Source of the DNA: an uncultured Clostridia bacterium
GTDB taxonomy: Bacteria > Bacillota > Clostridia > Christensenellales > UBA1242
NCBI GenBank assembly: GCA_944377315.1
Contig: CALWEM010000018.1
Location: 49,106 to 113,105 of the forward strand
Length of the DNA stretch: 64,000 nucleotides
Direction of reading: 5' to 3'
Shown: piece after piece, positions 44,201 through 52,990 of the stretch
Numbering within the stretch: the stretch's first letter is position 1
How the letters are laid out: each line of letters opens with the position of its first letter
Translations under genes and position numbers: made by a program
The notes under the pieces: model-generated
The model's input: only the letters and a program-made list of their open reading frames with translations
Told to the model about the DNA's origin: nothing
Databases searched by the model: none

Positions 44201-46022
44201 AGTCTATGCTGTTCAAACACAAGGTGGCAACACTGTCAAATCGGAAGGCGTTTCAATCGGTGATGGCGATATCAAAGTGATAAAGATTGGTGGCTTGACA
44301 AGTGAAGACTACACAATCACCACCACAACCATTCGTCACAGCGAAGAAAACAGAACGGTGGATATTGATGTTGTTGACTTTGCAAAATATTTTGAAAACA
44401 ATTCTTTCACAAATGTTGAACTCACCTTGCGAGTGATAAGTGGCACTGACCAAAAAACTTTTGAAATCACAAAAGACAAAACAAAAATTGTGGTGTTCAA
44501 TTCGGATGACTACACAAGTTTGGACGGCTTTGAAAATGTCGATGAATATGTCGATTCCATTATTGTGCCAGAGAAACTCAATTTGACCATTCAAATTGTG
44601 GGCGTTGTCGATGAAAGCGTGACAAACATACTGCTCCTAAATTCAGACGCTTCTTCACTCAATCTTTCAAGACCGGCAAATAACCACATAATTTCGTTTG
44701 ATGAAGAAAGTCAAACATTCTCGTGGCAAACAGACAGCACTTTGCTTGAAGATGAGCAATCACTTTTGTATGTTGTTTCCATATCATACAGCGTTGACAG
44801 TGTGACCACAACAAGAACATATGAGATTGAAGAAACTTCTTTCACACCAACGATAATTGGCGAGATAACTGAATTCAAACTCGCACTCAAATATGGTCGA
44901 AACGCTTTGCAATCTCCTTTTGTCAATTATGTTTTCAAGGAAGGAACGAACGGCGTATCTTTCAATCTCTTTGCAAGTGGTGCAGGCACAAGCAAAAACC
45001 CATATATTATTAATGATGCAAGAGAATTTAAAAATATTGCATACAGAATGAGCAAGCCTAACTATTTGAACTCCTACAAGGAAAACGGTGTGGAAACACA
45101 AGATGAAGAGAGCATTTTCTATTTCCAATTGGGTGAAAATATCTTGGATTTAACGTTTGATGGCATTCTTTTCAAAGGCACATTTGAAGGAAATTTGAAT
45201 GGAAACAGCAAAATTGTGTCATACGCAGCAAGTTATTCTCAAAATTTGGAAATGCAAGCTCTTTCCACACGAGAAACGGTGAGAATTGGGAAATTGACTG
45301 GTATCACAACTGGAAATTCTGCTGACTATGATTACGGCTTGTCAATTTTTGAAACAATTGGAAATAATGCAAGCGTTTCATCACTCACACTCAATGCAAA
45401 CTTTGCAAGTGGTTCCAATGTCACAAACAATATACTGGTGTCTGGACTTGCCATAATCAACAATGGTTCGGTTGCCAGAGTTAACATCTCATCTTTCTCT
45501 TCCAATCTTGTTGTTTATTCAAGAAGTGGTGGAAGAATTGGTGCGTATGCTGGACTTGTTTCCGTCAATCGCGGAATGCTCTCATCTTGTGCAATCAACG
45601 GAAACATCGCTTTCAGTGACACGCAAAATGGGCAAACACAAAATCAATATTTCTATGTTGGTGGGTTTGTTTATACCAACTATGGTAATATTTCAAGTTG
45701 CGTGCTCAATGCAAACATCACTCTCAACATTTCAAACACAGGCGACAGCACAAAAACAAAACACCAAATTGCTGGCATCACAGTCACATCAACTTCTTCA
45801 AGCACTTTGACAGGAAACTCAATCGGCAGAACTGATGCTGATGAAACATACAAGGTTATTTTCAATGCTGGAGAGTTGAACCGCGATGAAGTTTATGTTG
45901 CTGGAATTGCTGTTCTTTGCGAAACAAACAACACCAACAACACCGTAAACGCTGGATGTGCAGTCGGTTCAATCACAAATGGTCAAGTGGCTGTCAGTGA
46001 CGATATAAATCCGTCAAACTAA
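35298..46022 (+). CDS. Giant surface lipoprotein (3574 aa) with multiple FN3-like modules and a C-terminal GLUG-type repeat domain
   Basis: Start reset to MKKISLG (ATG 35298, RBS gtgaggtg). Lipobox LLSAC-GF. Recurring module signature: VTWNKV, ISWAEVSGADYSVTF, YTWKKIDGAQKYVVNY, LGWESVGNGLETTYKVY, LAWNEVTGATSYIVRAY, LTWTYG, FSWQTD. C-terminus: GAGTSKNPYIINDAREF ... VSGLAIINNGSV, YAGLVSVNRGML, VGGFVYTNYGNI, VAGIAVLCE. Confidence 0.85.
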   Translation: MKKISLGIVSVFTLLLCTLLSACGFKEPSAKFSQEEIFLSIGQSINLDDYLSLKEVDFDEIDFKFSDSSFVTLENSSLTPTNFGQTMVYAQTDGNTLAKMRIIVKKPFEKITSLYMDDNGLVTWNKVVDKFDAVEDFVSPSNYELKISYTNEDDSTKNREYTEQVSGNTYQLEEEGRYQIQIIAVGEGYFDNSQVFETVLYFGYMPKLQKDDFLFDSDTNTISWAEVSGADYSVTFNGEMKIENLEENSLDLTNFLEDLDEGDYDLSVKVNDVSGEKISVESESVVVRKIENAVLSYENSADLGGYVEISLNENIESVLVYAGEEVFSFSENSVTDFASLPKGVYIVEVQANPITSEEQGVFLAKSSREEMMKIYKLGKVEIAGSGENEENASSFNINISRDDENVATKLEINLNGDKTVEDGFFEENSLNKSVEVSNSGDHILKIRQLAEDATISLSDVVYQVINSDESGEYNFTKLDAFSVVKDGETIAHEYQIDKSVMSFNLVEKAEKYELKVLSEGNFVTIENEDNSLFTIAGGEIIFNGKIENLFEEYFVDNKITFCLVASGEKENTISSSTTKTLTLLETPSSEAGNEKSEKYTWKKIDGAQKYVVNYAIISKEEYESQLEVFEEKELVSQEVTTAEIQLESGNYFYIEIYALPSDENKFLTSKTFTKYFFLSKNLDTPNVEFCRGILGSEDTESYYIQVENVENMSSMTVTFGEEEVKSYSLGEGVTIYRLNSDFASAYDGEKVGVVVHSTDNVIYLDSEKYELTIKRLKSLQYDDLKFDELTKNMTVEGNREGVSEIVLSDGKTTQKGENVDTVLGVYSIENGNVTAQLLGSEFVDGKFEVVDNMVYLDSALSTFSINRLDRPTEFTYNDGKLAFTSTQNLSDTFVLDIFLTDANQNKTLLKISNLTMENDFQSNFPTAVLYLVDGEDLSPIVEKLEIKSQILEEKSLGNYQIDLTSILNFVKGNSNLNSYYNQAVKVEFGLYSFKIGFLYEVIYLSSYYAVLREGSSTLLEVKKMESPVISFDKNNNVLGWESVGNGLETTYKVYRKDRENSIASSTANSYNVDISSLTRSRDYVFYVTATSPYYLESSSSNEILIHRLNSPDKVTVSGNNLLFTPDSSDNSYVLKASIKIGEQEEEEIEKNNIFSYTIAGSGVYTIKYLGVTDFESDGKFYLDSATVSFELVEMSEIAPSDNTISFQDNTISFEKFGENANLQSVEYYIVFEDEQGNYSTIKTKENSFVVQFDDDNLASLTAGNIDIKVYAVCDTYSVSAGGKVYYSDAVSIVSGLNLYNTYAYTSDKTIVKLSEPEIENVEFLFTDENDEQTPTIRLVVKGNYTENEKFLIFMGDSEDIVKEISYADAFESEGVFNLDLTFEEYNSHLTVGDFTSVSVKVTSSLNLTSNEDMVDIYRNDALLSVNQNIASISYNSNSINGYDKTITLKFKGDIQYATGGITLKITYTPTGEEEVVEYLEITSDNFVEEDSVIYDLSSFFEEKLGNGGTIKYSAYINNFSDNNVENESYFMASQSVESLSYEILATPSGNQKTNGGIQIVDKENIINSTATKYVLTYGDYQKVIGESEDFYFEFPSTWGNGEYKLTIFAFEENKIISIPTEVSITLSRLQKVEGIKLMRDSSQELYLAWNEVTGATSYIVRAYIDETLVGSEIKLMATSCPLANILGTNYSLVAGYTVGGSEIRFDIIACNHDDATHTDSAIQSVTVSLIGSGENLTQSNITVGEDGLVYFEAVAGETYLYRLVDASDQVTFDWKEFTGDGKTEINIFEYENLTESVIFTIEIKKKGDATVEGTSFVTNSTLKLDSVSVSSDRMKISNLVREISVDSAEISNVMVALNNQNSTIFASLSDKFILEDAIELSTTYTDVTEEGNYLYYINYTEILDAFKDSLTDGENKIYFFALQNEAIGTYIDVISLPYEYTFTIENNIEITLIDKMDDTFEEGAKDYSKTKMVFTYDEKITGFYFRVDFASLQDEEMTLKYVYSIEDCQIDTISNSITLDLTKLFDNLFGNNSEVYKGGEYQLFVSVLKAEFNDENEVTSVVFSDYIDTYNGNPIIFEKLPDLYSSTLDSGNLIWSIDRNYEIYANRATNYYIYFTNASNENKTSRYITNSLTTSFNGESFATADGNEYIVSVVAVSNDIFTIASEPKYVLDSNNEIKKVAKNRFNSPITLSSSGTLSIRWDASGEEGYLGTTENDIIKLLTQEAITNVNDFAQGIFFYPFTFTVRDLVEGNVKVRFKFTSYVDNTPKKTETIDIDATYLLQTLEIENLQEKLNAIRNALTSSSDKNLVTDFSNKIANVCGGVGNYTNIFDEFFERVQSGEYKIEYCLLGNGSTFTSTWYTLTRENGEDIFYVNPTPTVTAGYDDVKTVGESIARSFYIKIKESQIYSQNGTLISPDVYYLQLKSSTNKYGIEIRKVGGDWTWLMSGDEENSSFQADSSESGYIKIYLNQNDGNSIKSVYNDIVNSNDFTFEVFSQGNQYSISSKSERYELYFNGVCHDFQVENGTFIWQSHQYYPTHVEYRLNGSTVNNPIDVTSETATLSLTLQDAGKYDYIKFVTYGSVDYARNIIRVDSETYMIEDVYKLSAPTIETDFNLIRISESEKNQSEYQNAYTSDQFKKYEIYNDVSTNELSFKYTDTSINERAYYEAGVTNYSLSSGDYAYKLTESEANSFQISTLGSTSAFVTEQATTTEGVAIADVFDFVIDDEEGENKNILLRSATQSLNARMLNAVSSETMKIENGVVSWSESGVLGENELRGNAKLVYKVTLTFYISTIGSDGATVQEFLDKEIVRYTAQTYFDISKVTSEFPTEETPFDYIRVTVQALALNISSEISSNFDGRSEELVEGGYVSGVGITFVDGARVLMSNGTHIEDITLSTPVEDLQVVDGKLTWTYGTDEDVMFIVEDETGKEIEGEYVMTESVDGEDVKYLVTFQENAGLLSSGEHILTVYAVQTQGGNTVKSEGVSIGDGDIKVIKIGGLTSEDYTITTTTIRHSEENRTVDIDVVDFAKYFENNSFTNVELTLRVISGTDQKTFEITKDKTKIVVFNSDDYTSLDGFENVDEYVDSIIVPEKLNLTIQIVGVVDESVTNILLLNSDASSLNLSRPANNHIISFDEESQTFSWQTDSTLLEDEQSLLYVVSISYSVDSVTTTRTYEIEETSFTPTIIGEITEFKLALKYGRNALQSPFVNYVFKEGTNGVSFNLFASGAGTSKNPYIINDAREFKNIAYRMSKPNYLNSYKENGVETQDEESIFYFQLGENILDLTFDGILFKGTFEGNLNGNSKIVSYAASYSQNLEMQALSTRETVRIGKLTGITTGNSADYDYGLSIFETIGNNASVSSLTLNANFASGSNVTNNILVSGLAIINNGSVARVNISSFSSNLVVYSRSGGRIGAYAGLVSVNRGMLSSCAINGNIAFSDTQNGQTQNQYFYVGGFVYTNYGNISSCVLNANITLNISNTGDSTKTKHQIAGITVTSTSSSTLTGNSIGRTDADETYKVIFNAGELNRDEVYVAGIAVLCETNNTNNTVNAGCAVGSITNGQVAVSDDINPSN

Positions 46023-46060
46023 AAAGTATAAAGAAAGCATCTTTTGAATAGAATTAAACT

Positions 46061-46912
46061 ATGAAGAAGGTGTTTTCTTTATTTTTGATATTCCTTGCAT
46101 TTTTCGCTTTTCCGTCTGCATCAGCAGAAGCAAAAAGTGAAGAAAGTGGGAAAATTTGTCTTATTCGTGTTTTCAATGGACAAAAAAATTCTTTTGTCTA
46201 TCTTTTCCCAGTTCAATCAAATGAGTTTGAAAATGTGGGTGTTAACAAGTTGGAAGTGGAAGGATTCAAGTTTTATCTTAAAAGCCAGATAGCGACAATA
46301 GCAAAAAATTATCAAGAAAAAATAAAGGATATTGATGATGCGTCTGTCAGTATGGTCAAGTTTTATGAAAATTACGATGCTGTCGGATTTGAAATTGTTT
46401 TCCAAACGCTTGCTGGCTATCAAGAATTTTTTGGCGACAAAAGTGACAACGAAAATGGCGATGAGAAAAAAGAGAAGGAAGAAAGTGGTTTTTTTGTCAA
46501 GAAAACCACGCACAAAACACAATTTCCTTTTCAAAAAAATGTGGTGGAAACCTTGAACACGCTCTATTCTGTCACGGTGCAAGCGTGGGCGGAAACTTTC
46601 AACATTGACATACAAAAAGAAAACTATCTTATGGATGTTTTTTCGCGAAATTCCTATTGTTATGAAATTGTGTCGCCATATAAACTGATACGAAGCGAAA
46701 ATATGGAAGAAAAAGATGGTGTGTATTACAATATTTTCAATATGACTCAAAAAGAGATTGAAGAAAATGGCGAAATTGTTTTTTGGACGCAAGAGATAAA
46801 TTATGGTTGGTGGTATTTTTTCGCTCTTCTTTTCACTTTGATTTTCACAATGATTTTTCTTCTTTTCGACAAATGTAAGAGAAAGGGTAAGATAAAAGAG
46901 AAAAATATTTAA
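46061..46912 (+). CDS. Secreted/C-terminally anchored protein, unknown function
   Basis: Signal peptide MKKVFSLFLIFLAFFAFPSASA-EAK. C-terminal TM WWYFFALLFTLIFTMIFLLF plus a basic tail. It lies 38 nt after the giant gene. Confidence 0.65.
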   Translation: MKKVFSLFLIFLAFFAFPSASAEAKSEESGKICLIRVFNGQKNSFVYLFPVQSNEFENVGVNKLEVEGFKFYLKSQIATIAKNYQEKIKDIDDASVSMVKFYENYDAVGFEIVFQTLAGYQEFFGDKSDNENGDEKKEKEESGFFVKKTTHKTQFPFQKNVVETLNTLYSVTVQAWAETFNIDIQKENYLMDVFSRNSYCYEIVSPYKLIRSENMEEKDGVYYNIFNMTQKEIEENGEIVFWTQEINYGWWYFFALLFTLIFTMIFLLFDKCKRKGKIKEKNI

Positions 46913-47028
46913 AAAATTTTGAAAAGTTGTCCAATTGCCTTGAAAAATTTTTTGAAAAGTGGTAAAATACAAAAAGTAGTCAGCGCTGATGGCTATTTTT
47001 TATCGAGATTTTTTATTCGAGGTGCAAT

Positions 47029-48870
47029 ATGGAGAACAAAAATATTCGCAATGTGGCAATAATCGCACACGTCGACCACGGCAAAACTTCACTTGTCAAT
47101 GAAATGCTCAAACAAGGTAATGTTTTCAGAGATAATCAAGTGGTGGAAGACAGAGTGATGGACAGTAATGCGCTTGAAAGAGAAAGAGGCATAACAATTT
47201 TGAGTAAGAATGCTTCTTGCATTTATAATGGCGTCAAAATCAATGTTGTGGACACTCCGGGACACGCCGATTTTGGTGGAGAAGTGGAGAGAGTTCTCAA
47301 AATGGTGGACGGCGTCCTTTTGGTTGTGGATGCCTATGAAGGACCAATGCCACAAACTCGTTTTGTTCTTGAAAAAGCACTTGCTTTAGGGCTTAAAGTT
47401 ATTGTGGTTGTCAACAAAATTGACCGCCCAGACGCACGCATAAAAGAAGTTGTTGATGAAGTTTTGGAACTTTTCCTTGAACTTGATGCAAACGAAGAAC
47501 AACTTAATTCACCATTTGTTTTTGCTTCGGCAAGAGAAGGTGTGGCGTCAGTGGATGAAAACAAAAAAGGCACAGATTTGAAACCGCTTTTTGAAACCAT
47601 AATTGACTATATTCCAGCACCAAGCGGTGATGAAACTGCGGGACTCAAAATGCTTGTTTCTTCTGCTGAACACAATGACTATGTTGGAAAACTTGCCGTT
47701 GGAAAAGTGGAAAGAGGCGAAATCCGAGTTGGACAAAATGTCGTGGTTTGCAACTATCACGATGAAGGGAAAAAGGTTAAATCCAAAATTGTCAGCATTT
47801 TTGTCTATCAAGGACTTAAACGCGTGAATGTGGAAAAAGCAACAGTTGGTGAAATTGTTTGCGTTGCAGGATTAAGTGATGTCACAATTGGCGACACGAT
47901 TTGTGACGAGAGTTCTGTTGAACCGATTGAGTTTGTCAAAATCGCTGAACCTTCAGTTGAGATGACATTTATGGTTAATGACAGCCCATTTGCTGGAAAA
48001 GAAGGCAAGTTTGTCACTTCTCGTCATCTTCGTGACAGATTATATAAGGAAGCGGTCAAAGATTTATCACTCAAAGTAACAGATGGTGACACGGCGGAAA
48101 AATTCAAGGTTTGTGGACGCGGAGAGATGCATCTTTCCATTCTCATTGAAAATATGCGTCGTGATGGCTATGAATTCCAAGTTTCACAACCAAAAGTGCT
48201 TATCAAAGAAATTGATGGTGTGAAATGTGAGCCAATTGATTTACTATATCTTGATGTGCCAGAAGATTGTGTTGGCACAGTGATGAACAAAATGGGCGTT
48301 CGAAAAGGCGACCTTCAAAATATGACACCACACGGCAGTCGTATGCGAATGGAATTTTTAATCCCATCCCGTGGGCTTTTTGGTTTCAAAAGTGAATTTT
48401 TGACTGACACACGCGGTGAAGGTATTTTGAGTTCGGTGTTCTATGACTATGAGCCATACAAAGGGGAAATCAATCGCCGTGACTATGGTGCGCTCATTGC
48501 TCACGAAGACGGCGAAGCGATTGTTTATGGTTTGTATAACGCACAAGAGCGTGGTGAACTCTTCATCGGTCCAGGCACGCCAGTGTATGCCGGAATGGTG
48601 GTGGGCATAAACCCAAAAGGTGGAGATATTGTGGTGAATGTTTGCAAACGAAAACACCTTTCAAATATGCGTGCTTCTGGTTCAGATGATGCTCTTCGCT
48701 TGTCACCGCCAAGAATTATGTCTCTTGAAGACTGCATTGAATTTTTGGCTGATGATGAATATATGGAAGTGACTCCAAAGTCAATAAGAATCAGAAAAAT
48801 CATTTTGGATCACAATATGCGTCTTCGCGAACGCGGAAAAATTATGCGTGGAGAAATTTCTTCAATATAG
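47029..48870 (+). CDS. typA: Translational GTPase TypA/BipA
   Basis: [37 protein letters not shown]. 613 aa with BipA-typical length and C-terminus. Confidence 0.95.
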   Translation: MENKNIRNVAIIAHVDHGKTSLVNEMLKQGNVFRDNQVVEDRVMDSNALERERGITILSKNASCIYNGVKINVVDTPGHADFGGEVERVLKMVDGVLLVVDAYEGPMPQTRFVLEKALALGLKVIVVVNKIDRPDARIKEVVDEVLELFLELDANEEQLNSPFVFASAREGVASVDENKKGTDLKPLFETIIDYIPAPSGDETAGLKMLVSSAEHNDYVGKLAVGKVERGEIRVGQNVVVCNYHDEGKKVKSKIVSIFVYQGLKRVNVEKATVGEIVCVAGLSDVTIGDTICDESSVEPIEFVKIAEPSVEMTFMVNDSPFAGKEGKFVTSRHLRDRLYKEAVKDLSLKVTDGDTAEKFKVCGRGEMHLSILIENMRRDGYEFQVSQPKVLIKEIDGVKCEPIDLLYLDVPEDCVGTVMNKMGVRKGDLQNMTPHGSRMRMEFLIPSRGLFGFKSEFLTDTRGEGILSSVFYDYEPYKGEINRRDYGALIAHEDGEAIVYGLYNAQERGELFIGPGTPVYAGMVVGINPKGGDIVVNVCKRKHLSNMRASGSDDALRLSPPRIMSLEDCIEFLADDEYMEVTPKSIRIRKIILDHNMRLRERGKIMRGEISSI

Positions 48871-49027
48871 GAAAATTTGCTTTCACAAGATATTATAAAG
48901 AAATTTAGAAAATGGTGGTGTGATTTTGCCATCATTTTTTAAAATTGTTGTTCTCAAAACCCATTATTTTACGAAAACATTTGGTTGTTGTCGAGATTTT
49001 GTTTATAATATGAAAAAGGAGAAAAAT

Positions 49028-49633
49028 ATGGGAAAAATCAAAAAATTTTTTAGTGACTTCAAAAAATTTATAAGTCGCGGTAATGTCATTGATATGGCAA
49101 TCGGCGTTGTTGTGGCAACCGCTTTCACAGCAATCGTCACTGCACTCACAAACAAAATTATTATGCCTTTCATTAACTGGCTTTTGGCTTTGGGTGGTGC
49201 TGGGCTTGACAGTGCTTTCACATTTTTGAAAACAGCATACACATATGACGATGCTGGAAACAAAATTATTGACCTTGCCAACAGTATATACATAGATTGG
49301 GGTGCGTTCATCACAGCCATTATCAACTTCATTTTGATTGCGCTTGTTTTGTTTATTGTTCTTCGCGTGATGATGAATGCTCAAGGTTTCTGGAAAAAAG
49401 AATTGAGTGCAAGACCAACAAAAGACGAGAAAAAAGTTTTGAAAGAACAAGGCGTGAATATGAAAGACAGAAAGGAAGTTTTGAAAGCAACACAAGAACT
49501 TCGTGAAAAGAACAAACCAGCACCAGTTCCACCAGCACCAACTCAAGAAGAACTTTTGACGGAAATTTTGTCTGAACTCAAAAAACAAAATGGGACAACC
49601 AAGGAAGAAGTGAAAGACGAAAAAAGTGAATAA
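49028..49633 (+). CDS. mscL: Large-conductance mechanosensitive channel with extended C-terminus
   Basis: ATG 49028 follows RBS aaggag (49016-49021). FKKFISRGNVIDMAIGVVVATAFTAIVTALTNKIIMPFIN is the MscL signature. 201 aa. Confidence 0.85.
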   Translation: MGKIKKFFSDFKKFISRGNVIDMAIGVVVATAFTAIVTALTNKIIMPFINWLLALGGAGLDSAFTFLKTAYTYDDAGNKIIDLANSIYIDWGAFITAIINFILIALVLFIVLRVMMNAQGFWKKELSARPTKDEKKVLKEQGVNMKDRKEVLKATQELREKNKPAPVPPAPTQEELLTEILSELKKQNGTTKEEVKDEKSE

Positions 49634-49654
49634 TAAAGCCAAGGAGTGCTTGAA

Positions 49655-50275
49655 ATGAAAAATGTGGAAATAAATTGCCATAGTTCGATTTGCATTGACA
49701 AGGAATATTATTTTGACCCGTTTCAAATTAAGGAAGAAAAACACAATGCTCAAATTGTTTTTATCACACATTCTCACTTTGACCATTTGGAAAAAGAATC
49801 CGTCAAGAAAGTGATAAACAAAGAAAGTGTTATTGTTTGCACGAAAGATAGTGCAGAAATTTTGGAAAAAGAATTTAATAATGAAATTATCGTTGTGAAG
49901 CCAAATGAAAAGGGCAAAGTTAAAGATGTTTTGTTTGAAACTTTCCCTGCCTACAACTTTGGGCATCATCATTTCAAAGAACTTGGATTTGTGGGTTACA
50001 CTGTCACAATCAATGGAACGCGATACACAATTTGTGGCGATACCGATGCAACAGAAGAACTTGAAAATGTCAAGACTGATGTTTTACTTGTCCCGGTGGG
50101 TGGCACTTTCACAATGAATCCGTTGGAAGCTGGCAAGCTCACCAATATCATAAAACCAAAGCTTGCGATTCCAACGCATTATGGTGCAATTTCTGGCACG
50201 CTGGGAAAGGAAGCAGGTGTGGAATTTGAAAAATGTGTGGACAAAAACATCAAAGTGGAAATCATAATCAAATAA
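49655..50275 (+). CDS. MBL-fold metallo-hydrolase
   Basis: ATG 49655 follows RBS aaggag. Motif ITHSHFDHL, with a later GDT and HYG. Confidence 0.8.
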   Translation: MKNVEINCHSSICIDKEYYFDPFQIKEEKHNAQIVFITHSHFDHLEKESVKKVINKESVIVCTKDSAEILEKEFNNEIIVVKPNEKGKVKDVLFETFPAYNFGHHHFKELGFVGYTVTINGTRYTICGDTDATEELENVKTDVLLVPVGGTFTMNPLEAGKLTNIIKPKLAIPTHYGAISGTLGKEAGVEFEKCVDKNIKVEIIIK

Positions 50276-50278
50276 TCT

Positions 50279-50321
50279 AAAAAACTCCGTGAAGCATAAA
50301 AAATAATAGCGGAGTTTTTTT
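50279..50321 (+). terminator. Rho-independent terminator after the MBL hydrolase gene
   Basis: Stem aaaaactccg (50279-50289 region) / cggagttttt (50310-50319), followed by a T-run that ends at the next ATG. Confidence 0.7.
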
Positions 50322-50828
50322 ATGTCTTTTGACGAAAATTGTGCAGAAATAATCCTTAAAAAAGTTTATAAGTTATATTGCGAACTCGCCACAGTCCTTG
50401 CCTTTTTGGACGCTTCCCGCTTTTCAATATATTTTCAAAAACGAATGGGTGTGACGCCGAAAGAATATACCAAAATTCTTGAAAGAGCCGTTTTGAAGCA
50501 TATTGAGAAAGTGGGAAGTGAGTTTTTTCCAAAGGATATCAAAGAAATTTTGAAAAAAGAAAGAATTGTCATTGAAGATGATGTTTTTTTGAGTTTTGTC
50601 ACTTGGCGTCCCTTCCCAAAAGAAGACAAATTTTTGAGTTTGGCAAGTTATTTTTCTTTTCGCTTGGACGCAATTGACACTGCATTGAAGAAACTTAAAG
50701 ATGACAACTTTGAAAATCAACTTTTCAAGAAAAAAATGGAAAGCACAGTAAATTTTTCTTTAAATTCATTCCCTAAAATTTTCAAAGAATATGCCAAGTT
50801 TAAAGACAAAGAAAGAGATAAAAATTAA
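50322..50828 (+). CDS. Hypothetical protein carrying an isolated AraC-type HTH fragment (possible gene remnant)
   Basis: ELATVLAFLDASRFSIYFQKRMGVTPKEYTK matches only the second HTH of the AraC/XylS domain; the first HTH and a sensor domain are absent. The ATG directly abuts the upstream terminator. Confidence 0.45.
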   Translation: MSFDENCAEIILKKVYKLYCELATVLAFLDASRFSIYFQKRMGVTPKEYTKILERAVLKHIEKVGSEFFPKDIKEILKKERIVIEDDVFLSFVTWRPFPKEDKFLSLASYFSFRLDAIDTALKKLKDDNFENQLFKKKMESTVNFSLNSFPKIFKEYAKFKDKERDKN

Positions 50829-50980
50829 AACATTTTGACCTATTTTTTCATATAAATAAAGTGGTGTCGACAACTTTTTTGCAAAATATTGGCACATTTG
50901 CTTTACATTTTTTTTCTAACATTTTATACTTTATTTAGGTTTTGAAACCAGAAATTTTTTGATAAAAAAGGGGTGAAAAA

Positions 50981-52889
<1,909 letters not shown>

Positions 52890-52904
52890 TTTGAAAGTTA
52901 CCAA

Positions 52905-52940
52905 AAAATCTATCCATTTTTGTGGATAGATTTTTGTTTT
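52905..52940 (+). terminator. Rho-independent terminator after groEL
   Basis: Stem aaaatctatcca (52905-52916) / tggatagatttt (52923-52934), followed by a T-run. Confidence 0.8.
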
Positions 52941-52990
52941 CATATTGACACTCTCTTTCTTTTTTGGTAAAATAAAAGAAGAGGTAAAAT

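Noticed and set aside
48932-49972. 346-aa minus-strand ORF spanning the mscL and MBL-hydrolase loci, plus the analogous 46217..46972 (251 aa) and 20763..21392 (209 aa)
   Set aside because: The products are low-complexity and F/N/K/I-rich, as expected from reading AT-rich sense genes backwards. Each crosses the boundaries of two motif-supported + strand genes.
50830-50980. A search for a CIRCE/HrcA operator (TTAGCACTC-N9-GAGTGCTAA) upstream of groES, and the sigma-54-like TGGCAC...TTGC at about 50891-50904
   Set aside because: No inverted repeat resembling CIRCE is present. The TGGCAC and TTGC elements are 2 nt apart instead of the 5 nt required for a -24/-12 promoter.
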